Source of the DNA: Amphiscolops sp. MND2022
Taxonomy: Eukaryota
NCBI GenBank assembly: GCA_964187785.1
Contig: OZ076411.1
Coordinates: forward strand, 73,098,001 to 73,162,000
Direction of reading: 5' to 3'
DNA: 64,000 nt
The notes below the pieces were generated by a model. It was not told the DNA's origin. It saw nothing but the letters and a program-made list of their open reading frames with translations, and ran no database searches. A program made the position numbers and the translations under genes. Positions 38,388 through 50,535 of this stretch are shown one piece after another (position 1 is the stretch's first letter; each line of letters starts with the position of its first letter).

Positions 38388-41300
38388 TGGACATCACTAC
38401 TGGCTCCATTGAAATTTGTTCCGTTATCGGAATATATCACTGAAGGACAACCCCTTCTTGCAACAAAACGTCGGAAGGCTGCCACACATGCAGCTGTTAT
38501 AAGATCAGACACGGCTTCAATATTCAGGCAAAACAAACAAAGATAGCCATATAAATCTTGGAAGTTTTCTGGTCCTTGCAACTGAATGGTCCAGCAAAGT
38601 CAATGCCAACATCAGTGAAAGCTCTGGTAGGAATGTTACATCTTTCTTTGGGAAGATCACCCATCAAGGGAAGCGTAGGCGTAGCATGAAAACGACTGCA
38701 TCCAACACAATATAAAATTGACTTGCGTACTTGATTCCGGCAGCTGGGAATCCAGAACTTCGTGCGAATTTGAGCCATGGTTTGATTGACACCACCATGG
38801 AGTGTAACTGAATGAGCATCGCCAATAATTAGACGTGAAAGTTCACTCTTCTCCGGAACTATTCGCGGATACTTTGCTTCATCCGGAAGGTCAACGACCT
38901 CCAACGCATAAAATTCCTTCAAATAACAAGGGGTAAAACCTTAATAGGGAATTTGACTTTTTAACTTGGGGTTGAGTAAGAAGTGTTTTTCTTTCATCGT
39001 GATAAAATTTTTCTTGCTCTTGCCTAAGCAAGATTTTCAAGGCATCTGACTTTTCTTCAGTCGACAGATACTCCGTGACGAATCTTTTTCTTTTTCTAGC
39101 CTCATCACAAAATCGTTTTACCCATGCAACAATTCGTATTGTTTTTTTGAGACAATTTTGAGTTGAAAGATCGATAATGTCATTGTCTTCTGTACGAGTG
39201 GAAAGAAAGGTCTTCACTTCTGTTTGTTTCTTTAATTCTTCTGTAGTATCTTCCACTTCATATTGTTTTGGAAATTTTCCAGTTAGAAAGAATGATGGTC
39301 CATTCCACCACAGTGCACATGTTTTCAAAAGCGATGGATCGAGTCCCCTAGAAGCGGGATCTGCAGGGTTTTCCTTCGTAGGGACATGTCGCCAAGTCAA
39401 TGAACATTCCTGTTTTTTTGAAACGCGGTTAGCTACAAAGGTTGACCAATGACTTGGTTCACATGCAAGCCAATTCAAAACAATTGTGGAATCAGTCCAA
39501 GCATGCTTTTCACAGATCGTCAAATGCATTCTTGAAAGTGCATCTTCAACCGATTGTAAAAGTTGAGCTCCAAGGAGAGCGGCGCACAATTCCAATCTTG
39601 GAATTGATTGAGTTTTTATGGGAGCAACCTTTGCCTTTGCAACGAGTAGGTTACTTTTACTGCGTTTACTCCCGCCATCGTCGGCCGTAGAGACGACATA
39701 AATACAAGCAGCATAACCGAGCTCAGAAGCGTCACAAAACAAATGCAAAGCGATAGGATCCGACTGATTTTTACACAATACAAATCGATTTATTTTCAAC
39801 TCCTTCAAAAGATTCAACTTTCAACGCCAGGAAGAATAAGATTCGAAAATCTCCTCTAGTAATTGGTCATCCCAACTTAACTTCAGTTGCCATACTTGCT
39901 GCATTAGCTGCTTTAATTTCATGATTGTCGGTGAGAGCCATCCAAGTGGATCAAATGTCTTTGCCATGTCGCTCAACATTTCTCGCTTTGTTAAGTTTTT
40001 CAGCTGAAGATCTTCTTGAAGATGTGCAACTTTGAATTGGAAAGCATCTGAAGTGGGATTCCAAACAATTCCGAGCGTCTTGATTGTGTGTGAGGTATCT
40101 AAAATCTTTAGGTCTTCACCAGCTTCTCTGAGTTCGATGGGAAGGTCTAGAACTATGGAAGAGTCACTAGAAGTCCATTTCCTTAAATCAAATTGCGCTT
40201 GCTTCAAAGCAGAATAAAGTTCCTTTTGAAGCGCTTTTGCTTCTTCGACGGAAGGCGCTCCAGTGTGTATATCATCTACATAAAAGTCTCGTTCGATAAC
40301 TTCTTTTACTTCACATGAGACATCTTTGAATTTTCCACATTCAAGTAATGACCGAATGGAATGATAGGCAGAGCTTCCAATTCCATATGTCACTCGAGTC
40401 ATTCTATAAGTTTCAATTCTACTTCCACGTTCGAAACGCCAAAAAATTCGATGGAAATCACGATCCTTTATCTGAAGCTCAACTTGACGATACATCTTGG
40501 CTACGTCAGCACTCAATGCTACCTTAAAAAATCTAAATCGGAGAAGGATATCGAATATGTCATCCTGTAACTTTGGACCGACCATTAGGCAGTCATTTAG
40601 TGACATTCCTGATGAAGACTTTGCGCTAGCATCAAAGACAACGCGTAATTTTGTTGTAGTACTATCTAGTTTATGTACACAATGATGAGGCAAGTAGAAA
40701 TTTTGTGGATTTTCAAGATCTTCACTTGGTACCTTTTCCAAGTGTCCCAGATCCAAAAATTCCTGAATAAAATCAGCATACTTTGAATGAAGTTCTGGAT
40801 TAGCATGTAGCTTACGTTCTAGATTGAGGTAACGTCTCATTGCAGTAGCTTTACTCAGACCTAATCTGGAATTTTCTTTGAAGGGCATTTGGACAACAAA
40901 TCGCCGGTTTTCATTTCTTCTAGTTGTGTCGTAATGCTTTTCACACAATTTCTCTTCGGTAGTTAAATGTTTTTTGTGTGGGATATTTTCCAGCTCCCAA
41001 AATTTTGCGAGAATTGCATCAGTGTTATCGGAGAGTGTCACGTGATTTGCACAGATGGACTCTGTAGCATTAGCGTTGATGGGACCAGACACAATCCAAC
41101 CAAACAAAGACTCTTTAATGTGAAGTCCGTTGTCCTTTATTCGATTGTCCAACATGACATCCTCAATGACGTCTGCTCCTAACAGAATGTCAATTTTTCC
41201 AGGAACTTTGAATTGTGGATCTGCCAATTGCAGATTGTGAATATGTCTTAGTTGAGAAACGTCTATTTCTTGTGAGGGAATGGCGTTGGTAATTTTAGGA

Positions 41301-42895
41301 ATTACATGTAAATTGATGTCAAGAACGTCATTGAGTTTTGCTGACATGAATCCTAAAGCTTTTTGAGACTTGGTGGATCCCAGTGTTGATATCGTTGTTT
41401 TTGATCGGTGTATGCGCAACATTAGAGCCTTTGCCATTGATTCAGTAATGAAGCTGGCTTGTGAGCCTGAATCGAGCAATGCGCGTAATTGAATGTTACG
41501 ACCACGTTGATCCTTGATTGATACTATTGCAGTTGATAACAACACGCTATTGACGTTTCTATCGGTGCTTGTCAATCCCAAAACTTGCTGATTTTGACAA
41601 ACAATTGAAGACTGTTCTTGATTTGTGGAAGGGGAGGAATGGTTAGCTATGCTGTTATTAACAGAAACTCCTTGGCTGGATGTCAACGGTGACTTAGGGC
41701 GATGAAGCAACGTATGATGCTTCATCATACATTCTCGACAAGTGAATTTTGAAGAACATTCATTCGCACTGTGTCCCGGCTGTAGGCAATTAAAACAAAC
41801 TCGCCTTGATTTTGCAAGATTTAGTCGATCCTTAAGTTGCATACGCCTAAATTCAGGACACAAATGCAGTTTGTGTTTTTCATTACAACGATCAGAACAG
41901 GAAACAGAGTATGATTGCACTCGCTTTTCAAACTGCTGGGGAGGTGTAGTAGTTTGTTGTGCAGGCCTTGTACAAGTAACCTCCAATGCACGGCTTCGCG
42001 TGTTTAAAAAGTTCGACAATTCTTTCCATGTTACCAGTTTTGTTCCTGGATAGGCCAATTGCCATTGTTTCTTTGATTCGCTATCCATTTTTTCGGAAAT
42101 CCAGAATACCAACAGAGTGTCCCAATGCTCGACTGGTTGTTGTAGTTCGCTCAAGGCTCGCAAATGCTCATTTGTTGTTTCAAGCAGTTTTCTGAGACCA
42201 GAGGCTGATTCAACTTTCAAAACTTGTTGTGACCAGAGGGCTTTGAGATGTGCATTTACAATGCTCCTTTCATTTTCATAACGGTCTCGAAACATAGTCA
42301 TTGCGATTCCATAGTTGTAATCAGTTATTGAAAACAAACTGATCAGTTTTGCTGCATCACCGTTGACACAGGCCTTTAAATAATTCAATTTCTCACAGAT
42401 GGTTAATTGAGTGTTCGAATCCACTGCTGCCTTGAACAAATCAAAAAACGAAGTCCATTCAGTATATGAACCTGTGAATGTAGGTAGTTGAAGTTTCGGA
42501 AGTTTCAATTTGCTGCTCAGCACACCGCTTGAGGAGCCTTGATTGCTTGAAACTGCTTGACCTTGGCGCTTGTAATTGTTGATTAGAGCTTCTAATCTAG
42601 CGATTGCAATACTGGCATTGTGCTGAAATTCAGTTGCACTTTCCATATCTTGCGACAATTCTAATTCATTGTCCAACAAAAGTTCAATTTGCGCATCCCA
42701 TTGATGCACAACTCGCGCCTTTTGATTGAGTGTAGCTAACAACGCTTCTGCCTCGTAAAAACGTTGGTCATTTGAAATTGGATTTTGAATACACTGATCG
42801 ATTTTCATTTCCATTTTAGTAAAGGCAGCCTTGTGGCCGCCTCTAATGCGAATAAGTTTTTTGACATCATGCACTGGCTGTGTTTCTTGAGCAAT
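38385..42895 (-). pseudogene. BEL/Pao gag-pol, copy 3 (3'-truncated in integrase)
   Basis: 1017-aa Gag-PR-RT ORF 39821-42874, in-frame TGA, then 38891-39817 and frameshifted integrase pieces. Confidence 0.95.
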
Positions 42896-43028
42896 GACTG
42901 TGTGAAATCTTTAGAATATTGACAAAAATTAAATGATTAATTCAATGGTGAATTCAGAAAGGCCACAGACAAAACAAAGTCTAGAGTCCAAACCAAAAAC
43001 ACCAAAGAATCAAATACAAATGATTACT

Positions 43029-43751
43029 TTAAACTTGAAGAATCTGACTCTGATTCTGCTTTTTCTTCAAAAAACGCTTCTTCTTAGATAGTCTTTTTGT
43101 CTTTCGTCTGGTATTCTGCGAAAGAGCTTTCAACTTTGATGATTGCTGTAGGATAATGTTCAGTGATTTTAATTCCAAAACTGTTGGTGGGTGTATTTCT
43201 GAATATTGTGATATTAATATTTGACTTTGCTGCTTTCGTGGTGATATCAAGTTTTTGGTTACTCTGATGACTAGAAAACCAGCCTGTTTGAGCGGCTCAA
43301 AATAATTTGGAGCTCCAAAACGATAACAATAGACAATAGCCGAAATTCGTTTTTTATAACACAGCAATTGTTTAATAAGCTGTTCAATCGTCAGGGGGAT
43401 AAAATTGTTACTCTTGTGACTTGTAACAGAATTATTGAGCAAATCGTGCCACAAAACCAATTTACTCCTATTCTTCAGGGACCCCCTTTCCAATAAAAAA
43501 GGCAAATTGATGGATAATCTGTTTACATTAGGGTTTAAAGACAAAGAAGAAATGGCTGTAATACTCTTTTTTAAGCTATGTGGCTGTGAAATAATTGCCC
43601 TTTTCAATGAGCTTGCTCCAATAATATACATGAATTGGAACGAACTAACAGATTTTGAAGAAATTCCAGGTTCCCTGTTTTGTCCGGGTCGGCTGAGGAC
43701 CAAATGTTGACTCGCCGAAGGTCTTCTTGATGGCGGACCAGCCTCTTCCAA
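43029..43751 (-). CDS. Extra upstream ORF of the BEL/Pao element, copy 3 (open; 200 aa from the first ATG at 43631, 240 aa from a TTG inside the LTR)
   Basis: Uninterrupted frame between LTR/PBS and gag; motifs YIIGASSL, VLWHDLLNNS, YSEIHP; Lys/Arg-rich tail. Function unknown. Confidence 0.6.
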   Translation of the reverse strand: MEEAGPPSRRPSASQHLVLSRPGQNREPGISSKSVSSFQFMYIIGASSLKRAIISQPHSLKKSITAISSLSLNPNVNRLSINLPFLLERGSLKNRSKLVLWHDLLNNSVTSHKSNNFIPLTIEQLIKQLLCYKKRISAIVYCYRFGAPNYFEPLKQAGFLVIRVTKNLISPRKQQSQILISQYSEIHPPTVLELKSLNIILQQSSKLKALSQNTRRKTKRLSKKKRFLKKKQNQSQILQV

Positions 43752-44073
43752 TTGGGATGAGACAAATTAGTTCTTAGGTACTTCAACTTGTGTCCTTGTG
43801 ACAGGTTTCCTTTCACTTGGGGAAATTCGAGATGTCTTTTGTATCAAAAGTTTAATTATCCTTGATAAGGGTCGATTCTTTGATTGCAATTTGCAATATT
43901 TGACAATTCATTGATACTTGAGATCAAAAAAAGTGAACAAAAGTAATGCAGGAATGACAAAAAAATGATATTTCACACCTAACAAGGTCTAGATATTTCT
44001 AGAAATAATTATTGCACATGCGTTTTGAAAGTTTACAAACTCAGTAAAATATATTAAACATGCATGTCGAACA
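43705..44073 (-). repeat. BEL/Pao LTR 3 (shared internal LTR)
   Basis: Same sequence family; PPT and PBS on either side. Confidence 0.95.
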
Positions 44074-44170
44074 TACTGCCCACCTTGATTTTACTAAGTA
44101 AAATCAATGAAATTGAAAGCATACATAAAATAAACAGGTTGAAAAATTTTTGGGAAGAATGAAAAGGTAA

Positions 44171-47100
44171 CTATTGCAGTGGAAGTTTTCTAAGTTTATG
44201 AACGGGTCTGCTGTGGATTCTTGTTGCGGTTTTCACTTTAACGACTCTGACAAATTTGTCAGGTCCACTGAAAACGTGCGTCACTTTTCCCAATGGCCAT
44301 TGTAATGGGGGTACATTATCGTCGGTAATATAGACAACATCGCCATCTTTCAATGGCTCAACTTCTAATTTCCATTTATTACTTTCTTGTATTGTTGACA
44401 CGTACTCCTTATTCCATCTTTTCCAAAAATGGGTAATAATATTTTGTATGAACGCCCATCTTTTTGGCAAGGATATCTTCGGAAGATCGTTCAAGTCTTT
44501 TGTTTCCTTCATGGGATACGATTCTAACTGACTTCCCAAACACGAATGCGCCGGTGTAAGAATTATGTCATCCTTTACGTCATCAGATATAAAACTAATA
44601 GGTCTAGAATTGAGAATTTGCTCAATTTGACATAGAATTGTTGTGAATTCTTCAAATGTCAATTTGTGATTGCCCATTACAATTCTCAAGTGTCTTTTTG
44701 CACATTTTACGGCCGCTTCCCACAAGCCGCCAAAGTGGGGTGCTCGTGGTGGGATGAATTTCCACTTGATGTTCAAGCCAGCTGCTTTGGCTTGTAGCGA
44801 ATCTTGATGTTCTGCCTTTAGGACTTCTAGAAGAATTTGGAGATCACTACTGGCTCCATTGAAATTTGTTCCGTTATCGGAATATATCACTGAAGGACAA
44901 CCCCTTCTTGCAACAAAACGTCGGAAGGCTGCCACACATGCAGCTGTTATAAGATCAGACACGGCTTCAATATGCAGGCAAAACAAACAAAGATAGCCAT
45001 ATAAATCTTGGAAGTTTTCTGGGCCTTGCAACTGAATGGTCCAGCAAAGTCAATGCCAACATCAGTGAAAGCTCTGGTAGGAATGTTACATCTTTCTTTG
45101 GGAAGATCACCCATCAAGGTAAGCGTAGGCGTAGCATGAAAACGACTGCATCCAACACAATATAAAATTAACTTGCGTACTTGATTCCGGCAGCTGGGAA
45201 TCCAGAACTTCGTGCGAATTTGAGCCATGGTTTGATTGACACCACCATGGAGTGTAACTGAATGAGCATCGCCAATAATTAGACGTGAAAGTTCACTCTT
45301 CTCCGGAACTATTCGCGGATATTTTGCTTCATCCGGAAGGTCAGCATTCGCTAAACGACCTCCAACGCATAAAATTCCTTCGAATAACAAGGGGTAAAAC
45401 CTTAATAGAGAATTTGATTTTTTAACTTGGGGTTGAGTAAGAAGTGTTTTTCTTTCATCGTGATAAAATTTTTCTTGCTCTTGCCTAAGCAAGACTTTCA
45501 AGGCATCTGACTTTTCTTCAGTCGACAGATACTACGTGACGAATCTTTTTCTTTTTCTAGCCTCATCACAAAATCGTTTTACCCATGCAACAATTCGTAT
45601 TGTCTTTTTGAGACAATTTTGAGATGAAAGATCGATCATGTCATTGTCTTTTGTACGAGTGGAAAGAAAGGTCTTCACTTCTGTTTGTTTCTCTTATTCT
45701 TCTGTAGTATCTTCAACTTCATATTGTTTTGGAAATTTTCCAGCTAGAAAGAATGATGGTCCATTCCACCACAGTGCACATGTTTTCAAAAGCGATGGAT
45801 CGAGTCCCCTAGAAGCGGGATCTGCAGGGTTTTCCTTCGTAGGGACATGTCGCCAAGTCAATGAACATTCCTGTTTTTTTGAAACGCGGTTAGCTACAAA
45901 GGTTGACCAATGACTTGGTTCACATGCAAGCCAATTCAAAACAATTGTGGAATCAGTCCAAGCATGCTTTTCACAGATCGTCAAATGCATTCTTGAAAGT
46001 GCATCTTCAACCGATTGTAAAAGTTGAGCTCCAAGGAGAGCGGCGCACAATTCCAATCTTGGAATTGATTGAGTTTTTATGGGAGCAACCTTTGCCTTTG
46101 CAACGAGTAGGTTACTTTTACTGCGTTTACTCCCGCCATCGTCGGCCGTAGAGACGACATAAATACAAGCAGCATAACCGAGCTCAGAAGCGTCACAAAA
46201 CAAATGCAAAGCGATAGGATCCGACTGATTTTTACACAATACAAATCGATTTATTTTCAACTCCTTCAAAAGATTCAACTTTCAACGCCAGGAAGAATAA
46301 GATTCGAAAATCTCCTCTGGTAATTGGTCATCCCAACTTAACTTCAGTTGCCATACTTGCTGCATTAGCTGCTTTAATTTCATGATTGTCGGTGAGAGCC
46401 ATCCAAGTGGATCAAATGTCTTTGCCATGTCGCTCAACATTTCTCGCTTTGTTAAGATTTTCAGCTGAAGATCTTCTTGAAGATGTGCAACCTTGAATTG
46501 GAAAGCATCTGAAGTGGGATTCCAAACAATTCCGAGCGTCTTGATTGTGTGTGAGGTATCTAAAATCTTTAGGTCTTCACCAGCTTCTCTGAGTTCGATG
46601 GGAAGATCTTGAACTATGGAAGAGTCACTAGAAGTCCATTTCCTTAAATCAAATTGCGCTTGCTTCAAAGTAGAATAAAGTTCCTTTTGAAGCGCTTTTG
46701 CTTCTTCGACGGAAGGCGCTCCAGTGTGTATATCATCTACATAAAAGTCTCGTTCGATAACATCTTTTACTTCACATGAGACATCTTTGAATTTTCCACA
46801 TTCAAGTAATGACCGAATGGAATGATAGGCAGAGCTTCCAATTCCATATGTCACTCGAGTCATTCTATAAGTTTCAATTCTACTTCCACGTTCGAAACGC
46901 CAAAAAATTCGATGGAAATCACGATCCTTTATCTGAAGCTCAACTTGACGATACATCTTGGCTACGTCAGCACTCAATGCTACCTTAAAAAATCTAAATC
47001 GGAGAAGGATATCGAATATGTCATCCTGTAACTTTGGACCGACCATTAGGCAGTCATTTAGTGACATTCCTGATGAAGACTTTGCGCTAGCATCAAAGAC

Positions 47101-49356
47101 AACGCGTAATTTTGTTGTAGTACTATCTAGTTTATGTACACAATGATGAGGCAAGTAGAAATTTTGTGGATTTTCAAGATCTTCACTTGGTACCTTTTCC
47201 AAGTGTCCCAGATCCAAAAATTCCTGAATAAAATCAGCATACTTTGAATGAAGTTCTGGATTAGCATGTAGCTTACGCTCTAGATTGAGGTAACGTCTCA
47301 TTGCAGTAGCTTTACTCAGACCTAATCTGGAATTTTCTTTGAAGGGCATTTGGACAACAAATCGCCTGTGTTCATTTCTTCTAGTTGTGTCGTAATGCTT
47401 TTCACACAATTTCTCTTCGGTAGTTAAATGTTTTTTGTGTGGAATATTTTCCAGCTCCCAAAATTTTGCGAGAATTGCATCAGTGTTATCGGAGAGTGTC
47501 ACGTGATTTGCACAGATGGACTCTGTAGCATTAGCGTTGATGGGACCAGACACAATCCAACCAAACAAAGACTCTTTAATGTGAAGACCGTTGTCCTTTA
47601 TTCGATTGTCCAACATGACATCCTCAATGACGTCTGCTCCTAACAGAATGTCAATTTTTCCAGGAACATTGAATTGTGGATCTGCCAATTGCAGATTGTG
47701 AATATGTCTTAGTTGAGAAACGTCTATTTCTTGTGAGGGAATGGCGTTGGTAATTTTAGGAATTACATGTAAATTGATGTCAAGAACGTCATTGAGTTTT
47801 GCTGACATGAATCCTTAAGCTTTTTGAGACTTGGTGGATCCCAATGTTGATATCGTTGTTTTTGATCGGTGTATGCGCAACATTAGAGCCTTTGCCATTG
47901 ATTCAGTAATGAAGCTGGCTTGTGAGCCTGAATCGAGCAATGCGCGTAATTGAATGTTACGACCACGTTGATCCTTGATTGATACTATTGCAGTTGATAA
48001 CAACACGCTATTGACGTTTCTATCGGTGCTTGTCAATCCCAAAACTTGCTGATTTTGACAAACAATTGAAGACTGTTCTTGATTTGTGGAAGGGGAGGAA
48101 TGGTTAGCTATGCTGTTATTAACAGAAACTCCTTGGCTGGATGTCAACGGTGACTTAGGGCGATGAAGCAACGTATGATGCTTCATCATACATTCTCGAC
48201 AAGTGAATTTTGAAGAACATTCGTTCGCACTGTGTCCCGGCTGTAGGCAATTAAAACAAACTCGCCTTGATTTTGCAAGATTTAGTCGATCCTTAAGTTG
48301 CATACGCTTAAATTCAGGACACAAATGCAGTTTGTGTTTTTCATTACAACGATCAGAACAGGAAACAGAGTAAGATTGCACTCGCTTTTCAAACTGCTGT
48401 GGAGGTGTAGAAGTTTGTTGTGCAGGCCTTGTACAAGTAACCTTCAATGCACGGCTTCGCGTGTCTAAAAAGTTCGACAGTTCTTTCCATGTTACCAGTT
48501 TTGTTCCTGGATAGGCCAATTGCCATTGTTTCTTTGTTTCGCTATCCATTTTTTCGGAAATCCAGAATACCAACAGAGTGTCCCAATGCTCGACTGGTTG
48601 TTGTAGTTCGCTCAAGGCTCGCAAATGCTCATTTGTGGTTTCGAGCAGTTTTCTGAGACCAGAGGCTGATTCAACTTTCAAAACTTGTTGCGACCAGAGG
48701 GCTTTGAGATGTGCATTTACAATGCTCCTTTCATTTTCATAACGGTCTCGCAACATAGTCATTGCGATTCCATAGTTGTAATCAGTTATTGAAAACGAAC
48801 TGATCAGTTTTGCTGCATCACCGTTGACACAGGCCTTTAAATAATTCAATTTCTCACAGATGGTTAATTGAGTGTTCGAATCCACTGCTGCCTTGAACAA
48901 ATCAAAAAACGAAGTCCATTCAGTATATGAACCTGTGAATGTAGGTAGTTGAAGTTTCGGAAGTTTCAATTTGCTGCTCAGCACACCGCTTGAGGAGCCT
49001 TGATTGCTTGAAACTGCTTGACCTTGACGCTTGTAATTGTTGATTAGAGCTTCTAATCTAGCGATTGCAATACTGGCATTGTGCTGAAATTCAGTTGCAC
49101 TTTCCATATCTTGCGACAATTCTAATTCATTGTCCAACAAAAGTTCAATTTGCGCATCCCATTGATGCACAACTCGCGCCTTTTGATTGAGTGTAGCTAA
49201 CAACGCTTCTGCCTCGTAAAAACGTTGGTCATTTGAAATTGGATTTTGAATAAACTGATCGATTTTCATTTCCATTTTAGTAAAGGCAGCCTTTTGGCCG
49301 CCTCTAATGCGAATAAGTTTTTTGACATCATGCACTGGCTGTGTTTCTTGAGCCAT
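44171..49356 (-). pseudogene. BEL/Pao gag-pol, copy 4 (nonsense codons and a 10-bp deletion)
   Basis: ORF pieces 47815-49356, 46282-47808, 45694-46278, 44947-45501, 44171-45031; integrase C-terminus in frame in this copy. Confidence 0.95.
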
Positions 49357-49489
49357 GACTGTGTGAAATCTTTAGAATATTGACAAAAATCAAATGATTA
49401 ATTCAATGGTGAATTCAGAAAGGCCACCGACAAAACAAACTCTAGAGTCCAAACCAAAAACACCAAAGAATCAAATACAAATGATTACT

Positions 49490-50212
49490 TTAAACTTGAA
49501 GAATCTGACTCTGATTCTGCCTTTTCTTCAAAAAACGCTTCTTCTTAGATAGTCTTTTTGTCTTTCGTCTGGTATTCTGCGAAAGAGCTTTCAACTTTGA
49601 TGATTGCTGTAGGATAATGTTCAGTGATTTTAATTCCAAAACTGTTGGTGGGTGTATTTCTGAATATTGTGATATTAATATTTGACTTTGCTGCTTTCGT
49701 GGTGATATCAAGTTTTTGGTTACTCTGATGACTAGAAAACCAGCCTGTTTGAGCGGCTCAAAATAATTTGGAGCTCCAAAACGATAACAATAGACAATAG
49801 CCGAAATTCGTTTTTTATAACACAGCAATTGTTTAATAAGCTGTTCAATCGTCAGGGGGATAAAATTGTTACTCTTGTGACTTGTAACAGAATTATTGAG
49901 CAAATCGTGCCACAAAACCAATTTACTCCTATTCTTCAGGGACCCCCTTTCCAATAAAAAAAGCAAATTGATGGATAATCTGTTTACATTAGGGTTTACA
50001 GACAAAGAAGAAATGGCTGTAATACTCTTTTTTAAGCTATGTGGCTGTGAATTAATTGCCCTTTTCAATGAGCTTGCTCCAATAATATACATGAATTGGA
50101 ACGAACTAACAGATTTTGAAGAAATTCCAGGTTCCTTGTTTTGTCCGGGTCGGCTGAGGACAAAATGTTGACTCGCCGAAGGTCTTCTTGATGGCGGACC
50201 AGCCTCTTCCAA
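49490..50212 (-). CDS. Extra upstream ORF of the BEL/Pao element, copy 4 (open)
   Basis: 240-codon frame, six amino-acid differences from copy 3. Confidence 0.6.
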   Translation of the reverse strand: MEEAGPPSRRPSASQHFVLSRPGQNKEPGISSKSVSSFQFMYIIGASSLKRAINSQPHSLKKSITAISSLSVNPNVNRLSINLLFLLERGSLKNRSKLVLWHDLLNNSVTSHKSNNFIPLTIEQLIKQLLCYKKRISAIVYCYRFGAPNYFEPLKQAGFLVIRVTKNLISPRKQQSQILISQYSEIHPPTVLELKSLNIILQQSSKLKALSQNTRRKTKRLSKKKRFLKKRQNQSQILQV

Positions 50213-50535
50213 TTGGGATGAGACAAATTAGTTCTTAGGTACTTCAACTTGTGTCCTTGTGACAGGTTTCTTTTCACTTGGGGAAATTCGAGATGTCTTT
50301 TGTATCAAAAGTTTAATTATCCTTGATAAGGGTCGATTCTTTGATTGCAATTTGCATTATTTGACAATTCATTGATACTTGAGATCAAAAAAAGTGAACA
50401 AAAGTAATGCGGGAATGACAAAAAAAATGATATTTCACATCTAACAAGGTCTAGATATTTCTAGAAATAATTATTGCACATGCGTTTTGAAAGTTTACAA
50501 ACTCAGTAAAATATATTAAACATGCATGTCGAACA
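50166..50535 (-). repeat. BEL/Pao LTR 4 (outer 5' LTR)
   Basis: Ends ...gtcgaaca followed by TSD ccggt. Confidence 0.95.

Larger units (their letters stand above)
26477..50535 (-). mobile_element. Tandem array of a BEL/Pao LTR retrotransposon (LTR-unit-LTR-duplicated unit-LTR-unit-LTR)
   Basis: Four TG...CA LTRs; one flanking TSD ccggt (26472-26476 and 50536-50540). Gag (KLPKL.LPTF.G, CCHC knuckles), protease (ALLDSGSQASFI), RT (YVDD), Pao RNase H (FCDASELGYAA, IPRLELCAA) and integrase (GIDFAGP, SDNGTNF, GLWEAAVK). Unit period 6456-6461 bp. Confidence 0.97.

Noticed and set aside
27319-50171. Recurrent plus-strand ORFs of 60-103 aa inside the array
   Set aside because: Antisense shadows of gag-pol, repeated only because the unit is repeated.
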